Virus record (IMG/VR): IMGVR_UViG_3300019850_000189
Location: 64,001 to 128,000 of that record
DNA from: a virus
Length of the DNA stretch: 64,000 nt
Direction: 5' to 3' (one strand)
Shown here piece by piece: positions 9,984-19,446 of the stretch; the first letter of the stretch is position 1; each line of letters starts with the position of its first letter. Under the pieces are notes generated by a model, which was not told the origin of the DNA, searched no databases, and worked only from the letters and a program-made list of their open reading frames with translations. The translations under genes and the position numbers were made by a program.

Positions 9984-12137
9984 ATGTCTATTATTCCTGT
10001 TATATGCGTTCATGCCGCTACAATCGCTCAGGCTCATGAGAAAGCCTTAAAAGAATTATGGAAAAACGGCATTAGGATTAAAACTCAATATGATGGCCCT
10101 GAGGATCCTCCATCAATAGATGCTACTGCTAATATAACTATTGATGACCCATTGGCAGACCCTATGATTCATAAAGCTTTTCCAGGAGGGATCGAAGATT
10201 TACGCGAATACGTCATGGAACTGAGTGGTCTCAAGGATCATTGGGTGAGAAATATGAATGATGCAGATGATAAACGCTGGGAGTATACATATCATTCCAG
10301 ATTTGCGGATTGGGGCTCTCACTACGAATTGGTTTCCGGTAATCGCACAATAATTTCTCCTTTTGATGGTGAGATTGATCAGATTGATATAGTCGCTAAA
10401 AAACTGGCGCAATGCTCCTATACAAGAAGGGCACAGATGATAACATGGATGCCATATATGGATAATGATATCGAAGATCCGCCATGTTTCGCCGCGGGAA
10501 CTCTTGTATCTACACCATCTGGTCCCATTCGCATAGAAGAACTTCGCGAATCGGATAGTGTTTATGTATACGATTTATCAGCCGGAACATATTATATTAA
10601 TCAAGTGCGCAAACCGTTTAAGAAGAAGAGTGATTGTGTAAAAATAAGCACTCCGCATGCAAGTGCAGAGGTTTCTGAAGAACAATACATGTTCACAAAA
10701 GATGGTTGGATTATGGCTCGCGATTTGCAACCCGGAATGGAAATACGTATGCCAACAATTTGTACTGGCTCAGATGTGTCGGATAGTATGTTTGTTGGAT
10801 TTATGTTTGGGGATGGTTGGTTATCTAGTGGTTTTATTAATAGAAAAAACAGAAAAAAACCTATAAAACGTTGTCAAGTTTCATGCTCAATACATCCGGA
10901 ATCCAATGATTTATGGATAAAAGAATATTTTAATTATCATTCAAACAACAAGGTTCAAATATATGAACAGCGCACAAATAATAAAAAATACGGTATATGT
11001 GGTGTTTCAAAAACCGTATCTATTACAGATAGGAATTTATGGGAAAAATTGATTGATGCTGGTTGTCCTGTGGGTAGAAAAGGGGGGAAAGTTGGTTGGG
11101 ATATGAATGGCAAATCAGATGCTGATTGCAAGGATTTTTTGACTGGCATATTTTCGGCCGAAGGGAGTATTTCTTGGGCGGCGTCTGGTAATAGACCAAA
11201 TATATCTATCAGTATGAAATGGCCAGAAGCAATTAAATTGGTTAGAGAATTATTGAACAAATTTAACATACAACATAAATTTTATATAACATCAACAAAC
11301 GGTTTACATCAACTGCAAATAATGGGCCATGCTGCCATAGAAAAAGCATTAGAAACATTCGATTTTAGGTTGGATAGTAGAAAACAAGCTAAATTTATGT
11401 TGTTAAAAGCCAAGCTGATGAGTTCGAAGATGGCTTTGTTTGAGCGCGCTTCGCGCGTGCGCGAGGCACGCCGTCTAAAAAAGGAGGGAGCTACGCAGCG
11501 TAAATTGAGGGAAAGCATTAAAGGGTTTTATAATCGTTGGCTTGATGAAAGTTATGTCCCATCCTTCAGGTGGCAACCGATTCACGCCGATGAACAGACT
11601 CATAATTCAGTTTGGTCGCCTATTATCAGCAAGATATTCACCGGCTCTAAAGATGTTTATGACTTTGAGGTTGAGCACAAAGATCATGCCATCATTGCTA
11701 ATGGCTATGTGGCGCATAACTGTATACAATCATTATATTTTAGGATTACCGAAGAGATTACAGAAGATATGATGACAGTGTGGCATCTTCATACTAATGT
11801 GAGAATCAGGTCTAATGATGCCTGGGGAGCCTCCTTTATGAATTTGTTTGGTATTACAATGTTTGTTCGAGATGTAATAATCCCAAAAATTAATGAGTAT
11901 CGCGATGTGCCAAGTGAAATATACATGGCAAGATTAAATTGGCAGGCTGATTCATATCATATTTATGGAAAAGATATAAGTGATTTTAAAAAGAGATTCA
12001 TTGATAAGATTGGGATTCAACCACCAGAAAAAAGGTTTTATAATTTTTATGATCCACTTATACAGGAAATATACTCGGAGGCCGAAGAGAAAGTACTTAA
12101 AAAGATAGCGGACTATGACGCAACTCATCCAAGATAA
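9984..12137 (+). CDS. thyA: thymidylate synthase-family protein containing an intein
   Basis: EYTYHSR, RRAQMITW...DPP[C]IQSL, RSNDAWGASFMN, ADSYHIY motifs once the intein is removed. Confidence 0.85.
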   Translation: MSIIPVICVHAATIAQAHEKALKELWKNGIRIKTQYDGPEDPPSIDATANITIDDPLADPMIHKAFPGGIEDLREYVMELSGLKDHWVRNMNDADDKRWEYTYHSRFADWGSHYELVSGNRTIISPFDGEIDQIDIVAKKLAQCSYTRRAQMITWMPYMDNDIEDPPCFAAGTLVSTPSGPIRIEELRESDSVYVYDLSAGTYYINQVRKPFKKKSDCVKISTPHASAEVSEEQYMFTKDGWIMARDLQPGMEIRMPTICTGSDVSDSMFVGFMFGDGWLSSGFINRKNRKKPIKRCQVSCSIHPESNDLWIKEYFNYHSNNKVQIYEQRTNNKKYGICGVSKTVSITDRNLWEKLIDAGCPVGRKGGKVGWDMNGKSDADCKDFLTGIFSAEGSISWAASGNRPNISISMKWPEAIKLVRELLNKFNIQHKFYITSTNGLHQLQIMGHAAIEKALETFDFRLDSRKQAKFMLLKAKLMSSKMALFERASRVREARRLKKEGATQRKLRESIKGFYNRWLDESYVPSFRWQPIHADEQTHNSVWSPIISKIFTGSKDVYDFEVEHKDHAIIANGYVAHNCIQSLYFRITEEITEDMMTVWHLHTNVRIRSNDAWGASFMNLFGITMFVRDVIIPKINEYRDVPSEIYMARLNWQADSYHIYGKDISDFKKRFIDKIGIQPPEKRFYNFYDPLIQEIYSEAEEKVLKKIADYDATHPR
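10485..11720 (+). mobile_element. 412-aa intein with LAGLIDADG homing endonuclease
   Basis: Starts CFAAGTLV, ends VYDFEVEHKDHAIIANGYVAHN followed by Cys; FVGFMFGDGW and FLTGIFSAEGS LAGLIDADG helices. Confidence 0.9.
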
Positions 12138-12157
12138 TATAAAATGTTGAGGCAATC

Positions 12158-12523
12158 ATGGATTATACAGATGATGTTGTGTGTCCGAGGTGTGGCTATG
12201 AAATGGCATCGCTAGAGCATGATGCTGGTGACGAAATTGGTGAGCTATATTGTTTGCTATGCGGGTTTGGCGCGCGGGTTTCTCTTAAGACTAGGAAAAT
12301 AAAAGAAGTGATATTAGAGCCACCTCTACAAATGATTAAGATATCCAAGATATTGCAAGGTATTCTTTCCACACTAGAAGAAGCTGATAATTTCTGGGAT
12401 TTTATATACAACTTTACATGGCTTGATAGTGTGTATGATAAGAAAAAGCTTAATGTCAACCGCGAAGTTAAAACGGCATTGTTAGGTCTCAGTACTGAGG
12501 GGCATATATTAAAAGCCGAATGA
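12158..12523 (+). CDS. hypothetical zinc-ribbon protein
   Basis: CPRCG...CLLCG. Confidence 0.6.
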   Translation: MDYTDDVVCPRCGYEMASLEHDAGDEIGELYCLLCGFGARVSLKTRKIKEVILEPPLQMIKISKILQGILSTLEEADNFWDFIYNFTWLDSVYDKKKLNVNREVKTALLGLSTEGHILKAE

Positions 12524-12795
12524 TGGACTACAAAAAAGATTTTTGTGAACATATAGATTGCCCAGAACATCCAAACCATTATGAACATAAAGATGGTTTG
12601 ATCTCACATGCAAATGAAGGCGATCATCTGCTTGGCACCACTATTGAAGACGTAATGCGCAATGCTACTCATGTTGTTATACAAATAAATGGCATTATAA
12701 TTCCCTTTGCCTGCTCCGTCTGTTCCAATCACAAAGAAATAGATATGGAGTCTCTCATGAAAAGAGAGGCAGCAAAAAAAGAGCTGAAGAAATGA
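12520..12795 (+). CDS. hypothetical protein
   Basis: Coupled ORF with CxxC-type motifs. Confidence 0.55.
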   Translation: MMDYKKDFCEHIDCPEHPNHYEHKDGLISHANEGDHLLGTTIEDVMRNATHVVIQINGIIIPFACSVCSNHKEIDMESLMKREAAKKELKK

Positions 12796-13640
12796 TAATA
12801 TCCCCATTAAAATGGAACGGTTCAAAGGCCAAGCTTATCGAGGCAATACTAGAGATAGTTCCACAACACTATAACAGATATTTTGAACCATTCATGGGCT
12901 CTGGATCTGTAATGCTCAATATAAATCCGCAGAAAGCTTACTGCTCCGATATAATAGAAGAGCCAATTAACACAATGCAAGTTATCAAAGATAAACCAGG
13001 CGAACTTATAAATGAATTTGTGAAATATGCATCTATTTTGTGGGAAGATAGCGGCCAGTTTTATTATGAAGCACGAAATGAATACAATAGAGACAAATAT
13101 TCTATGCCCGCAATAGACAAGGCGGCTGCCATTATGTTTCTCTTAAGGTCAGGTTTTAATGGATTAGTTCGTTTTAATAAGGATGGTTGTTGGGATGTTC
13201 CTTGGGGGAAACGTGGTACTAAGGATACTGGCAATCCAATATTCAACAGTGATTATGAGAAATTAATTCTTGAAACCAGCAATATATTAAATCAAGGTGA
13301 TAAACAATTTGTTGTTTGCTCATTTGAGCAAAGCATAGCACAAGCTCAGGAAGGCGATTTGGTGTATGCGAATCCTCATTTAAATACCGATTACAATTCG
13401 TATAGTGGTTATGATTGGACAAAAGAACAAGAAAAATTATTATATGATGAATTGCTGAAGGCCTCTGATAGAGGCGCAAAATTTATTCTGAGCAACGTTT
13501 ATATATACAAAGGCAAAAAAAATAAAAAGTTGCTTAAAATCTTCGGAAATTTTCACCACACTATTATAAATCATCAATATATTATGGGGCCCATGGGCCA
13601 TAAAAGGCCCTTGGTTTCAGAAATACTTATTTATAATTAA
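12792..13640 (+). CDS. dam: Dam-family (D12 class) adenine methyltransferase with altered catalytic motif
   Basis: SPLKWNGSK, YFEPFMGSGSV, GFNGLVRFN, FILSN; motif IV reads VYANPHL instead of VYxDPPY. Confidence 0.8.
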   Translation: MIISPLKWNGSKAKLIEAILEIVPQHYNRYFEPFMGSGSVMLNINPQKAYCSDIIEEPINTMQVIKDKPGELINEFVKYASILWEDSGQFYYEARNEYNRDKYSMPAIDKAAAIMFLLRSGFNGLVRFNKDGCWDVPWGKRGTKDTGNPIFNSDYEKLILETSNILNQGDKQFVVCSFEQSIAQAQEGDLVYANPHLNTDYNSYSGYDWTKEQEKLLYDELLKASDRGAKFILSNVYIYKGKKNKKLLKIFGNFHHTIINHQYIMGPMGHKRPLVSEILIYN

Positions 13641-13657
13641 AACACATATATAGCAAT

Positions 13658-14089
13658 ATGAAAAAAATATATACATTTTCTGGAAATTTCTGCTCAGAGG
13701 ACTTATCAAGGGATGTTCATTTGCCTATTCATAGATTTCCTAACTGTGTTTGGGATGATGATATAGATAGTCTTATGAAATATATACGTAGAGAGTCAGT
13801 AAAAATGACGGAATGGTCTATAAAAAATATTGGCTATTATCCCTCAATGGTGGTTCTCGATGGAATGATCAATACATTTAATATCAAGCATAACAAAATT
13901 GAAAGTAATATATGGCATGTTTTTTCTATACATTTGATCAATTTGAGGGAATGTGGAGACATATATAAAGGTAAATACGGGGTTGTTTCATTTGCTAAAA
14001 TGCAGAAACTTATTGAGAAAAACAACCTGGACAAAAAAACCCTAAAGATAAACAATAGAACTGTGGCAAAAGGAAAGAAAAGCAGATGA
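13658..14089 (+). CDS. hypothetical protein
   Basis: 143 aa ORF. Confidence 0.5.
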   Translation: MKKIYTFSGNFCSEDLSRDVHLPIHRFPNCVWDDDIDSLMKYIRRESVKMTEWSIKNIGYYPSMVVLDGMINTFNIKHNKIESNIWHVFSIHLINLRECGDIYKGKYGVVSFAKMQKLIEKNNLDKKTLKINNRTVAKGKKSR

Positions 14090-14180
14090 TTATATTTTCT
14101 CTCACGACTATGAATACCAATAATACAGAAGATGATGAAGGTATGCTCATGAGGGAGTAATCGACTTGGTATCGTTGCAG

Positions 14181-14210
14181 CTCCCTCTTATTAAAAAGAG
14201 GGAGTTTTTT
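14181..14210 (+). terminator. intrinsic terminator
   Basis: CTCCCTCTT-loop-AAGAGGGAG + T6. Confidence 0.75.
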
Positions 14211-14279
14211 GGCATATATGATTTCACTTTATAAATTGTTCTTTGACATACATATATATTATATAATAAGAGGCAAAAA

Positions 14280-14507
14280 ATGACTGTAAGATTCCGTAAT
14301 GTTCTTCACCGTATCAAAAATGAGGAAGAACTTTTCAAATTTTTTGAGAAAAATGCTAGATTTGTTTCTGAAGGAATTTATTATTGTGCCGGTATTTATG
14401 CCAATGACACAGCAGATCTATTTGAGGATCTCAAAAAAGCCTGGAAGAAGAACAAGAAAGAATACAAAGCTGGCTCAGCAAGAAAGTTGCTTGAAAATAT
14501 TGCTTAA
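14280..14507 (+). CDS. hypothetical protein
   Basis: 75 aa ORF with GAGG RBS. Confidence 0.55.
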   Translation: MTVRFRNVLHRIKNEEELFKFFEKNARFVSEGIYYCAGIYANDTADLFEDLKKAWKKNKKEYKAGSARKLLENIA

Positions 14508-14637
14508 GAAAACACATCAAGCAAAGAGACTTCTAAAATTTGTGTATTTTTTGTGGAGAACCTGAAGAAAGAAAATGACGAAGAGAAAGTGCGCTGTAAA
14601 CTTGTCCCCTTTGGAAGATATCAATAAAAGATTTAGC

Positions 14638-14709
14638 GGCCCCGTCGGCTAGTGGTTAGGCCGCCAGATTCTCAATCTGGAAATAGCAGTTCAATCCTGC
14701 TCGGGGCTA
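14638..14709 (+). tRNA. tRNA-Glu(CTC)
   Basis: Cloverleaf; anticodon arm CCAGA TT CTC AA TCTGG. Confidence 0.9.
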
Positions 14710-14868
14710 AAGAGTGGGGATGGAACAAGACCATCGGGAAAATTGAATGTCTATAGTTTCCGAGTGATAGGATGGATCAGAAAAAAATTAGGCCACCGTA
14801 GAATAATGGTAGTTCACTGGACCTTCAATCCAGAGATTCCGGATCATTACCGGCCGGTGGCAATTTTC

Positions 14869-14898
14869 TTTACAAAAATGCTTTTTTCGAGGTATAAT
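14869..14898 (+). promoter_or_regulatory. sigma70-type promoter
   Basis: TTTACA-18-TATAAT just upstream of ATG 14905. Confidence 0.6.
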
Positions 14899-14904
14899 AT
14901 AAAT

Positions 14905-15717
14905 ATGAAAAAGTTATTAGGATTTCACATAAGCGGAGCTTCAAAGAATTTGATAGCGAATAGGGATTTCCTAAAGAAAACTGGATTGAGGAATTTTCAG
15001 GTTTTTGTTTCTTCTCCAGCTTCAGGCGCAATGCCAAAACTGTCACCAGAAATGATAGAACTCATGAAGAATTATCATGTGATAGTTCATAGTCCTTATT
15101 GGGTAACATTATCCAGGAAAAAGAGTCTTGGATTTAATCTCGAGTGGGTAATTAGTTTGTTATATCAGGTAGCTGATAATGGATTAAGTATAGATTATGT
15201 AACTCATTTAGGATATCCAGATAAGAGAGCAGGAGAGTATGTCTCTTATGAGGAATCTATCGAAAATACAGTGGATTATTTAAGAAAATTACTTGTTAAA
15301 TGGCCAAAGCATCTTAAGAATACCAGAATTCTGCCGGAAACCGATTCTGGTTCAAAAAATGGCAATGGATTTTCAGGCCTGAAGGGAATAAAGAAAATTG
15401 TCCAAAGAATAAATGATTCTAGAGTTGGAATATGTTATGATACCGAGCATTTATATGCGGCAGGTGAAGATGATCCAACAGAAAAGGATTGGAATTTAAT
15501 CAAGCTGGTTCATCTTAATTCAATTCCGGATAAGGTAGAGAAAGGATCTCATTTGGATAGGCATGGAAAGACATTGATAACTGAATGTAAGGAAGGGCCA
15601 GATTGGGTTTTGGATAAAGCAAGAGAAGCATATAAAAGAAAAATTCCAATGATTCTTGAAAGAAGCGATATGGATGTAGTTTTGAAGGATATAAAATTTA
15701 TATTGGAGCATATATAA
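14905..15717 (+). CDS. endonuclease IV / AP-endonuclease-2 family TIM-barrel protein
   Basis: LGFHIS, VHSPYWVTL, VTHLG, LPETDSG, ICYDTEHLYAAG, LVHLNS...GSHLDRH metal-ligand pattern. Confidence 0.8.
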   Translation: MKKLLGFHISGASKNLIANRDFLKKTGLRNFQVFVSSPASGAMPKLSPEMIELMKNYHVIVHSPYWVTLSRKKSLGFNLEWVISLLYQVADNGLSIDYVTHLGYPDKRAGEYVSYEESIENTVDYLRKLLVKWPKHLKNTRILPETDSGSKNGNGFSGLKGIKKIVQRINDSRVGICYDTEHLYAAGEDDPTEKDWNLIKLVHLNSIPDKVEKGSHLDRHGKTLITECKEGPDWVLDKAREAYKRKIPMILERSDMDVVLKDIKFILEHI

Positions 15718-15721
15718 TATT

Positions 15722-15961
15722 ATGAAAGCCAAACTCGAATTTGATTTACCAGAAGAAAAAGATGATTTTAAGATGGCCACCAAGGGACCAGATTATTACT
15801 TCACTTTATGGGCCCTTGATCAAGAAATAAGGAATATTCTGAAGTATAATAAATTTCCGTCGGATAAGGTTAAGACACCAGGTGATATGGCAGAGCATAT
15901 AAGAGATGTGCTATATCAGATAATGGAAGATAGAAATTTAATCTTTAATGAAATAAGCTAA
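15722..15961 (+). CDS. hypothetical phage protein
   Basis: MKAKLEFDLPEEKDDF, a common phage small-protein start. Confidence 0.65.
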   Translation: MKAKLEFDLPEEKDDFKMATKGPDYYFTLWALDQEIRNILKYNKFPSDKVKTPGDMAEHIRDVLYQIMEDRNLIFNEIS

Positions 15962-15964
15962 TGC

Positions 15965-16037
15965 TGCGGATTAGACTGGAGTGGCTCCAGCGCGGTCTCA
16001 TAAGCCGACTACCCCTGTTCGACTCAGGGATCCGCGA
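15965..16037 (+). tRNA. tRNA-Met(CAT)
   Basis: Acceptor TGCGGAT/ATCCGCG; CGGT CT CAT AA GCCG; T-loop TTCGACT. Confidence 0.8.
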
Positions 16038-16122
16038 AATACAATGAAAAAATCTAGCCATTGGATTATTGGCGTAGATTGAGCGATCAATTGATATAGC
16101 CTTCGAAGAAAGGGTAATTTTC

Positions 16123-16428
16123 ATGTTAAAAAAAATAATAATTGTTTTGCTGTGTCTGATTGTATTGAGTGCCGTCTGTTCCTTGGGAAACAGTGCCTAT
16201 GATGCTATAAAGAAAGCGCGCTACGCTAGGGCTGAAAAAATTTACTTTAATTTTATAATAGAGATATCCAGGAGTTCCATACGCTATTACAATATATTTT
16301 ATAATCCTTACTCAAATCGGTATAATATTAAAATAATAGACAGTAATTACGTGCTGCATGAATATAATAAGGTTAGATTGAATTATCTGCCTTCGATTTT
16401 AGAAGACATCAGCAATAAGCCTCAGTAG
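16123..16428 (+). CDS. membrane or exported hypothetical protein
   Basis: Hydrophobic N-terminus MLKKIIIVLLCLIVLSAVC; stop lies inside the following tRNA. Confidence 0.55.
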   Translation: MLKKIIIVLLCLIVLSAVCSLGNSAYDAIKKARYARAEKIYFNFIIEISRSSIRYYNIFYNPYSNRYNIKIIDSNYVLHEYNKVRLNYLPSILEDISNKPQ

Positions 16429-16490
16429 CCAAGTGGTTTGGCACTCGGCTCATATCCGGGAATACGGGGGTTCAAATCCCTCCTGAGGCA
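16419..16490 (+). tRNA. tRNA-Met/Ile2(CAT)
   Basis: GCCTCAG/CTGAGGC; CTCGG CT CAT AT CCGGG. Confidence 0.85.
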
Positions 16491-16534
16491 AATGAACGGA
16501 TTATTCCCGTATAAGAAGGTAAGATAATTATGTT

Positions 16535-16792
16535 ATGTTGTCTGAAAATGCAATATATGTTATCCAAAATCAGAAAAAGATCAGAGAAGGATATTTACGC
16601 TATAAATATATCATACTTAAATACTGGGATGGATTACACTGGATTGTAAGATTTCTAAAGAATGGCAATACTAATTGGATTGCGCTAACAGAAACCAGGC
16701 TTGTGAATATGATTGGTGACGGGACTATTAGAATTCCTGACGCGCATGAAAGATTAGAGGCAATGATAATGGAGAATAAATTGGGGTATTAA
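16535..16792 (+). CDS. hypothetical protein
   Basis: 85 aa ORF. Confidence 0.5.
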   Translation: MLSENAIYVIQNQKKIREGYLRYKYIILKYWDGLHWIVRFLKNGNTNWIALTETRLVNMIGDGTIRIPDAHERLEAMIMENKLGY

Positions 16793-16858
16793 TGATGTCG
16801 CAAAAGAAAATGGGGAATAATGAAATATTTTATCAAAAATATAGGGGGATAAAATGAT

Positions 16859-17125
16859 ATGGAAGAGAAACAGAAGACAGGACCTGTAGAAGACGTATTA
16901 AATAACTTAAATGATACGGTAAAGCAATTAGACGTCCTTGTTAATAAATTGCGAGGGCAACTAAAACCCGTATTGGAATCAGAAGGGGAAGAAGATAAAG
17001 AAGAGTTAAAACAACCTTCGGTACCTGTGACTTGTCCCCTTGAACGAGCACTTATGAATACACAGGAGAGTGTAAATAATATAAAATTTAATATCGATGA
17101 AATATTGCGCAGATTAAGAGTTTGA
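16859..17125 (+). CDS. hypothetical coiled-coil protein
   Basis: 88 aa ORF with GGGGG RBS. Confidence 0.55.
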   Translation: MEEKQKTGPVEDVLNNLNDTVKQLDVLVNKLRGQLKPVLESEGEEDKEELKQPSVPVTCPLERALMNTQESVNNIKFNIDEILRRLRV

Positions 17126-17169
17126 AAGATTAGAGACAATGATAATGGAAAATAAATTGAGATATTAAT

Positions 17170-17240
17170 GCTTCCATAGTACAAAGGCAGTGCAGTAGGT
17201 TGCCAATCTACGAATGCCGGTTCGATTCCGGCTGGAAGCT
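17170..17240 (+). tRNA. tRNA-Gly(GCC)
   Basis: GTAGG TT GCC AA TCTAC. Confidence 0.9.
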
Positions 17241-17254
17241 CACGGGGCTATACT

Positions 17255-17575
17255 ATGAAAGCGATATTATATAAAATCAAAGTCTATGAAAGCTTTCTGT
17301 CTTTTAATCATAGTATGGGCCAGGAAATTTGGGAAATTTACATTCCAAGAGAGCACATGTGCATTAATGAGAAAGCTGGAGTTTTCGTAAGTGAAGAACC
17401 AAGAGACAATAAGTATAAAACCGAGATAGAAATATCGCACAAGAGTATTGATATACTTGAAGAATTTTTGCGCGCACAAAAAGATATGCTATCGGAAGTT
17501 GAACATATATTTGATAGTCTTAGAGATGTGGGCCTGGCAGCAAAGCCTAAACCTTCTGGACTTGTCAAGCGATGA
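17255..17575 (+). CDS. hypothetical protein
   Basis: 106 aa ORF between tRNAs. Confidence 0.55.
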   Translation: MKAILYKIKVYESFLSFNHSMGQEIWEIYIPREHMCINEKAGVFVSEEPRDNKYKTEIEISHKSIDILEEFLRAQKDMLSEVEHIFDSLRDVGLAAKPKPSGLVKR

Positions 17576-17579
17576 AAAT

Positions 17580-17650
17580 GGAGCATTTGTGTAGTGGTAG
17601 CACGCAGGCCTGTCTAACCTGAGGCAGGGGATCGTTCCCCCTATGCTCCG
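17580..17650 (+). tRNA. tRNA-Asp(GTC)
   Basis: GGAGCAT/ATGCTCC; CAGGC CT GTC TA ACCTG; atypical T-loop ATCGTTC. Confidence 0.8.
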
Positions 17651-17672
17651 CATGAATAAAGAGAGGGATAAT

Positions 17673-18350
17673 ATGGAATTAGGCGGCGACGTATCAGAGA
17701 TTTTGAATGTAAGACGCTATCGTAAATATGGCTATCAACTTGTTTACTTTATGACAACTGGTCATGGCTTTAGTAAGGAGCCATTTAAAATGTGCACAGC
17801 GCTTACGTGGCCTGAAGGATTATATATAGGTGATAAAAAAACGGCTTATTTTCTTTGTGTAAAAAAAGGAATAAAACCCGAAAAGATTCCCAAAAAGCCG
17901 TTGCCCAAGTCAGATAAAGCAAAAAGGCTTTTAGAAAATATTGATGGAGATATTACGCCGTGTTCAATCGGTTTTTGTGATAAAGATCAAAAGTGGTATG
18001 GATGGTCTCACAGAGCCATATATGGCTTCGGTATTGGTAGCAGAGTTAAAAAGGGTGATTGCGGTTATATACCATTTAGTCCCGAAGATATGCTGGAGGA
18101 TATGATTAGATTTGATAGTGATGACAATCACGTTATACTGGGACATTCTCTTCGTGCTGAAGATCCAAATCATGAAATAGAAGGGTTTGGTATACTTGTC
18201 AAAGAGGAAATTAAGTCTAAAAGCGGCAGATCTATATTAAGTACTGATTGGGAACCATATCCCGTTCCTTGGGGTAAGGGGGAATGGAAAGCTAAAACTC
18301 TTGAAGATGCCAAGCAGATGGCCATAAATTTTGCTCAAGGTATTGCATGA
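17673..18350 (+). CDS. hypothetical phage protein
   Basis: CSIGF...QKWYGWSHRAIYGFGIG...AKTLEDAKQMAINFA; GAGGG RBS. Confidence 0.65.
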   Translation: MELGGDVSEILNVRRYRKYGYQLVYFMTTGHGFSKEPFKMCTALTWPEGLYIGDKKTAYFLCVKKGIKPEKIPKKPLPKSDKAKRLLENIDGDITPCSIGFCDKDQKWYGWSHRAIYGFGIGSRVKKGDCGYIPFSPEDMLEDMIRFDSDDNHVILGHSLRAEDPNHEIEGFGILVKEEIKSKSGRSILSTDWEPYPVPWGKGEWKAKTLEDAKQMAINFAQGIA

Positions 18351-18553
18351 GAAGAAAGAAGAAATTAGAATTAGCCAAAAGACTTTTATGTAATAAATGC
18401 TGCGGCACATGCTATAATCGTTTAGGTAATGGTTATTGCCGTTTATTATTGGATAAAGGTGCTAATGTTTCTCGCGTGAGCGATAATCAATATTGCAAAA
18501 ACTGGAAGCCGGATGTTGAAGGCCGTATTAAATTCAGCTTAACTTGGGGATAG
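18347..18553 (+). CDS. small Cys-rich protein
   Basis: LAKRLLCNKCCGTC...YCKNW. Confidence 0.5.
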   Translation: MRRKKKLELAKRLLCNKCCGTCYNRLGNGYCRLLLDKGANVSRVSDNQYCKNWKPDVEGRIKFSLTWG

Positions 18554-18566
18554 TGGAGGTTTAACT

Positions 18567-18860
18567 TTGGGAGTATATGACTGCTATGGTAATTGTCAAC
18601 TTAAAATTGGTCCATGTGAATTAGATGTTTATGATATAGGAGATAAAGTTCCAATCACAGATGGAATATATTTGGATTATGGTGGAGCAGTTGTTATTAA
18701 AGATGGAATATTTGTCGCAGAGTTCAAAGAGTTAACCGATAAATATGGCGGTTCTATAGATATAGAACAAGTGGCCAATGAAAGGAATCCATTATATGAA
18801 TTGACACAACAAGTTACTAAAAACGCCAAGAAACAGACGGGCCCTACAGATAAATTATAG
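18567..18860 (+). CDS. hypothetical protein
   Basis: GGAGG RBS, TTG start. Confidence 0.6.
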   Translation: MGVYDCYGNCQLKIGPCELDVYDIGDKVPITDGIYLDYGGAVVIKDGIFVAEFKELTDKYGGSIDIEQVANERNPLYELTQQVTKNAKKQTGPTDKL

Positions 18861-18898
18861 ATAGTAGGATTGTAGTTGATGCTGGCGAATCCGGATGA

Positions 18899-18970
18899 TC
18901 CTCTCTGATGAAATGGGTATCATAGTTGACCGTTAATCAACCTTTTATGGTTCGAATCCATAGGGAGGAG
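18899..18970 (+). tRNA. tRNA-Asn(GTT)
   Basis: TCCTCTC/GGGAGGA; GTTGA CC GTT AA TCAAC. Confidence 0.9.
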
Positions 18971-19192
18971 AATGAGAAGAAACACAAAAAAATGTCCTAA
19001 ATGCGGTCGCCTTGTGGGCTTGAGAAATTATAAGAGAAAAAGAAAAGCAAGGTCGGGCAGTAAAACAAATAGAAGTATATAGAGTCCTTAGGGATCAGGG
19101 AATGATTGTTCGCATGAGAGGAGTGTTGATAGTATTTGAGAAAATATCAAAATTTGTGCCAAAAAATAGGTTAATGTAGCATATATACAAAT

Positions 19193-19427
19193 ATGGGCAG
19201 GTTCCGTTATAATGCACTAGCAGAGGAATAAGCGCGGCGGTTCGGAAAGACGAACTTAGATTATCAGGTGACTGCCGGCAATAGTTCGGCGCGCCATCTA
19301 ATGCGAGGTTTAATTTAAAACCTCATCACGGCGATTTAATTGATTTAGGCCTGTGGCTGCGAATGCCAATAATCGAAACCAATAGAGATCGCAAAGCGAA
19401 TAATCCGTTGGAAGTCCGCCTGCCCAT
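19193..19427 (+). ncRNA. unidentified structured RNA (~230 nt)
   Basis: Terminal 9-bp stem ATGGGCAGG/CCTGCCCAT enclosing several hairpins (GTTCG-GAAA-GACGAAC, GCCG/CGGC, GAGGTTT/AAACCTC, TCGC-AAA-GCGA); GC-rich against an AT-rich background. Confidence 0.6.
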
Positions 19428-19446
19428 TATTATATTAGGATATGAT

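Noticed and set aside
19193-19427. Group I intron, intron-containing tRNA, or second RNase P RNA
   Set aside because: No P7/R-S core motifs, no T-arm next to the terminal stem, and no CR-V/P4 partner for AGAGGAA
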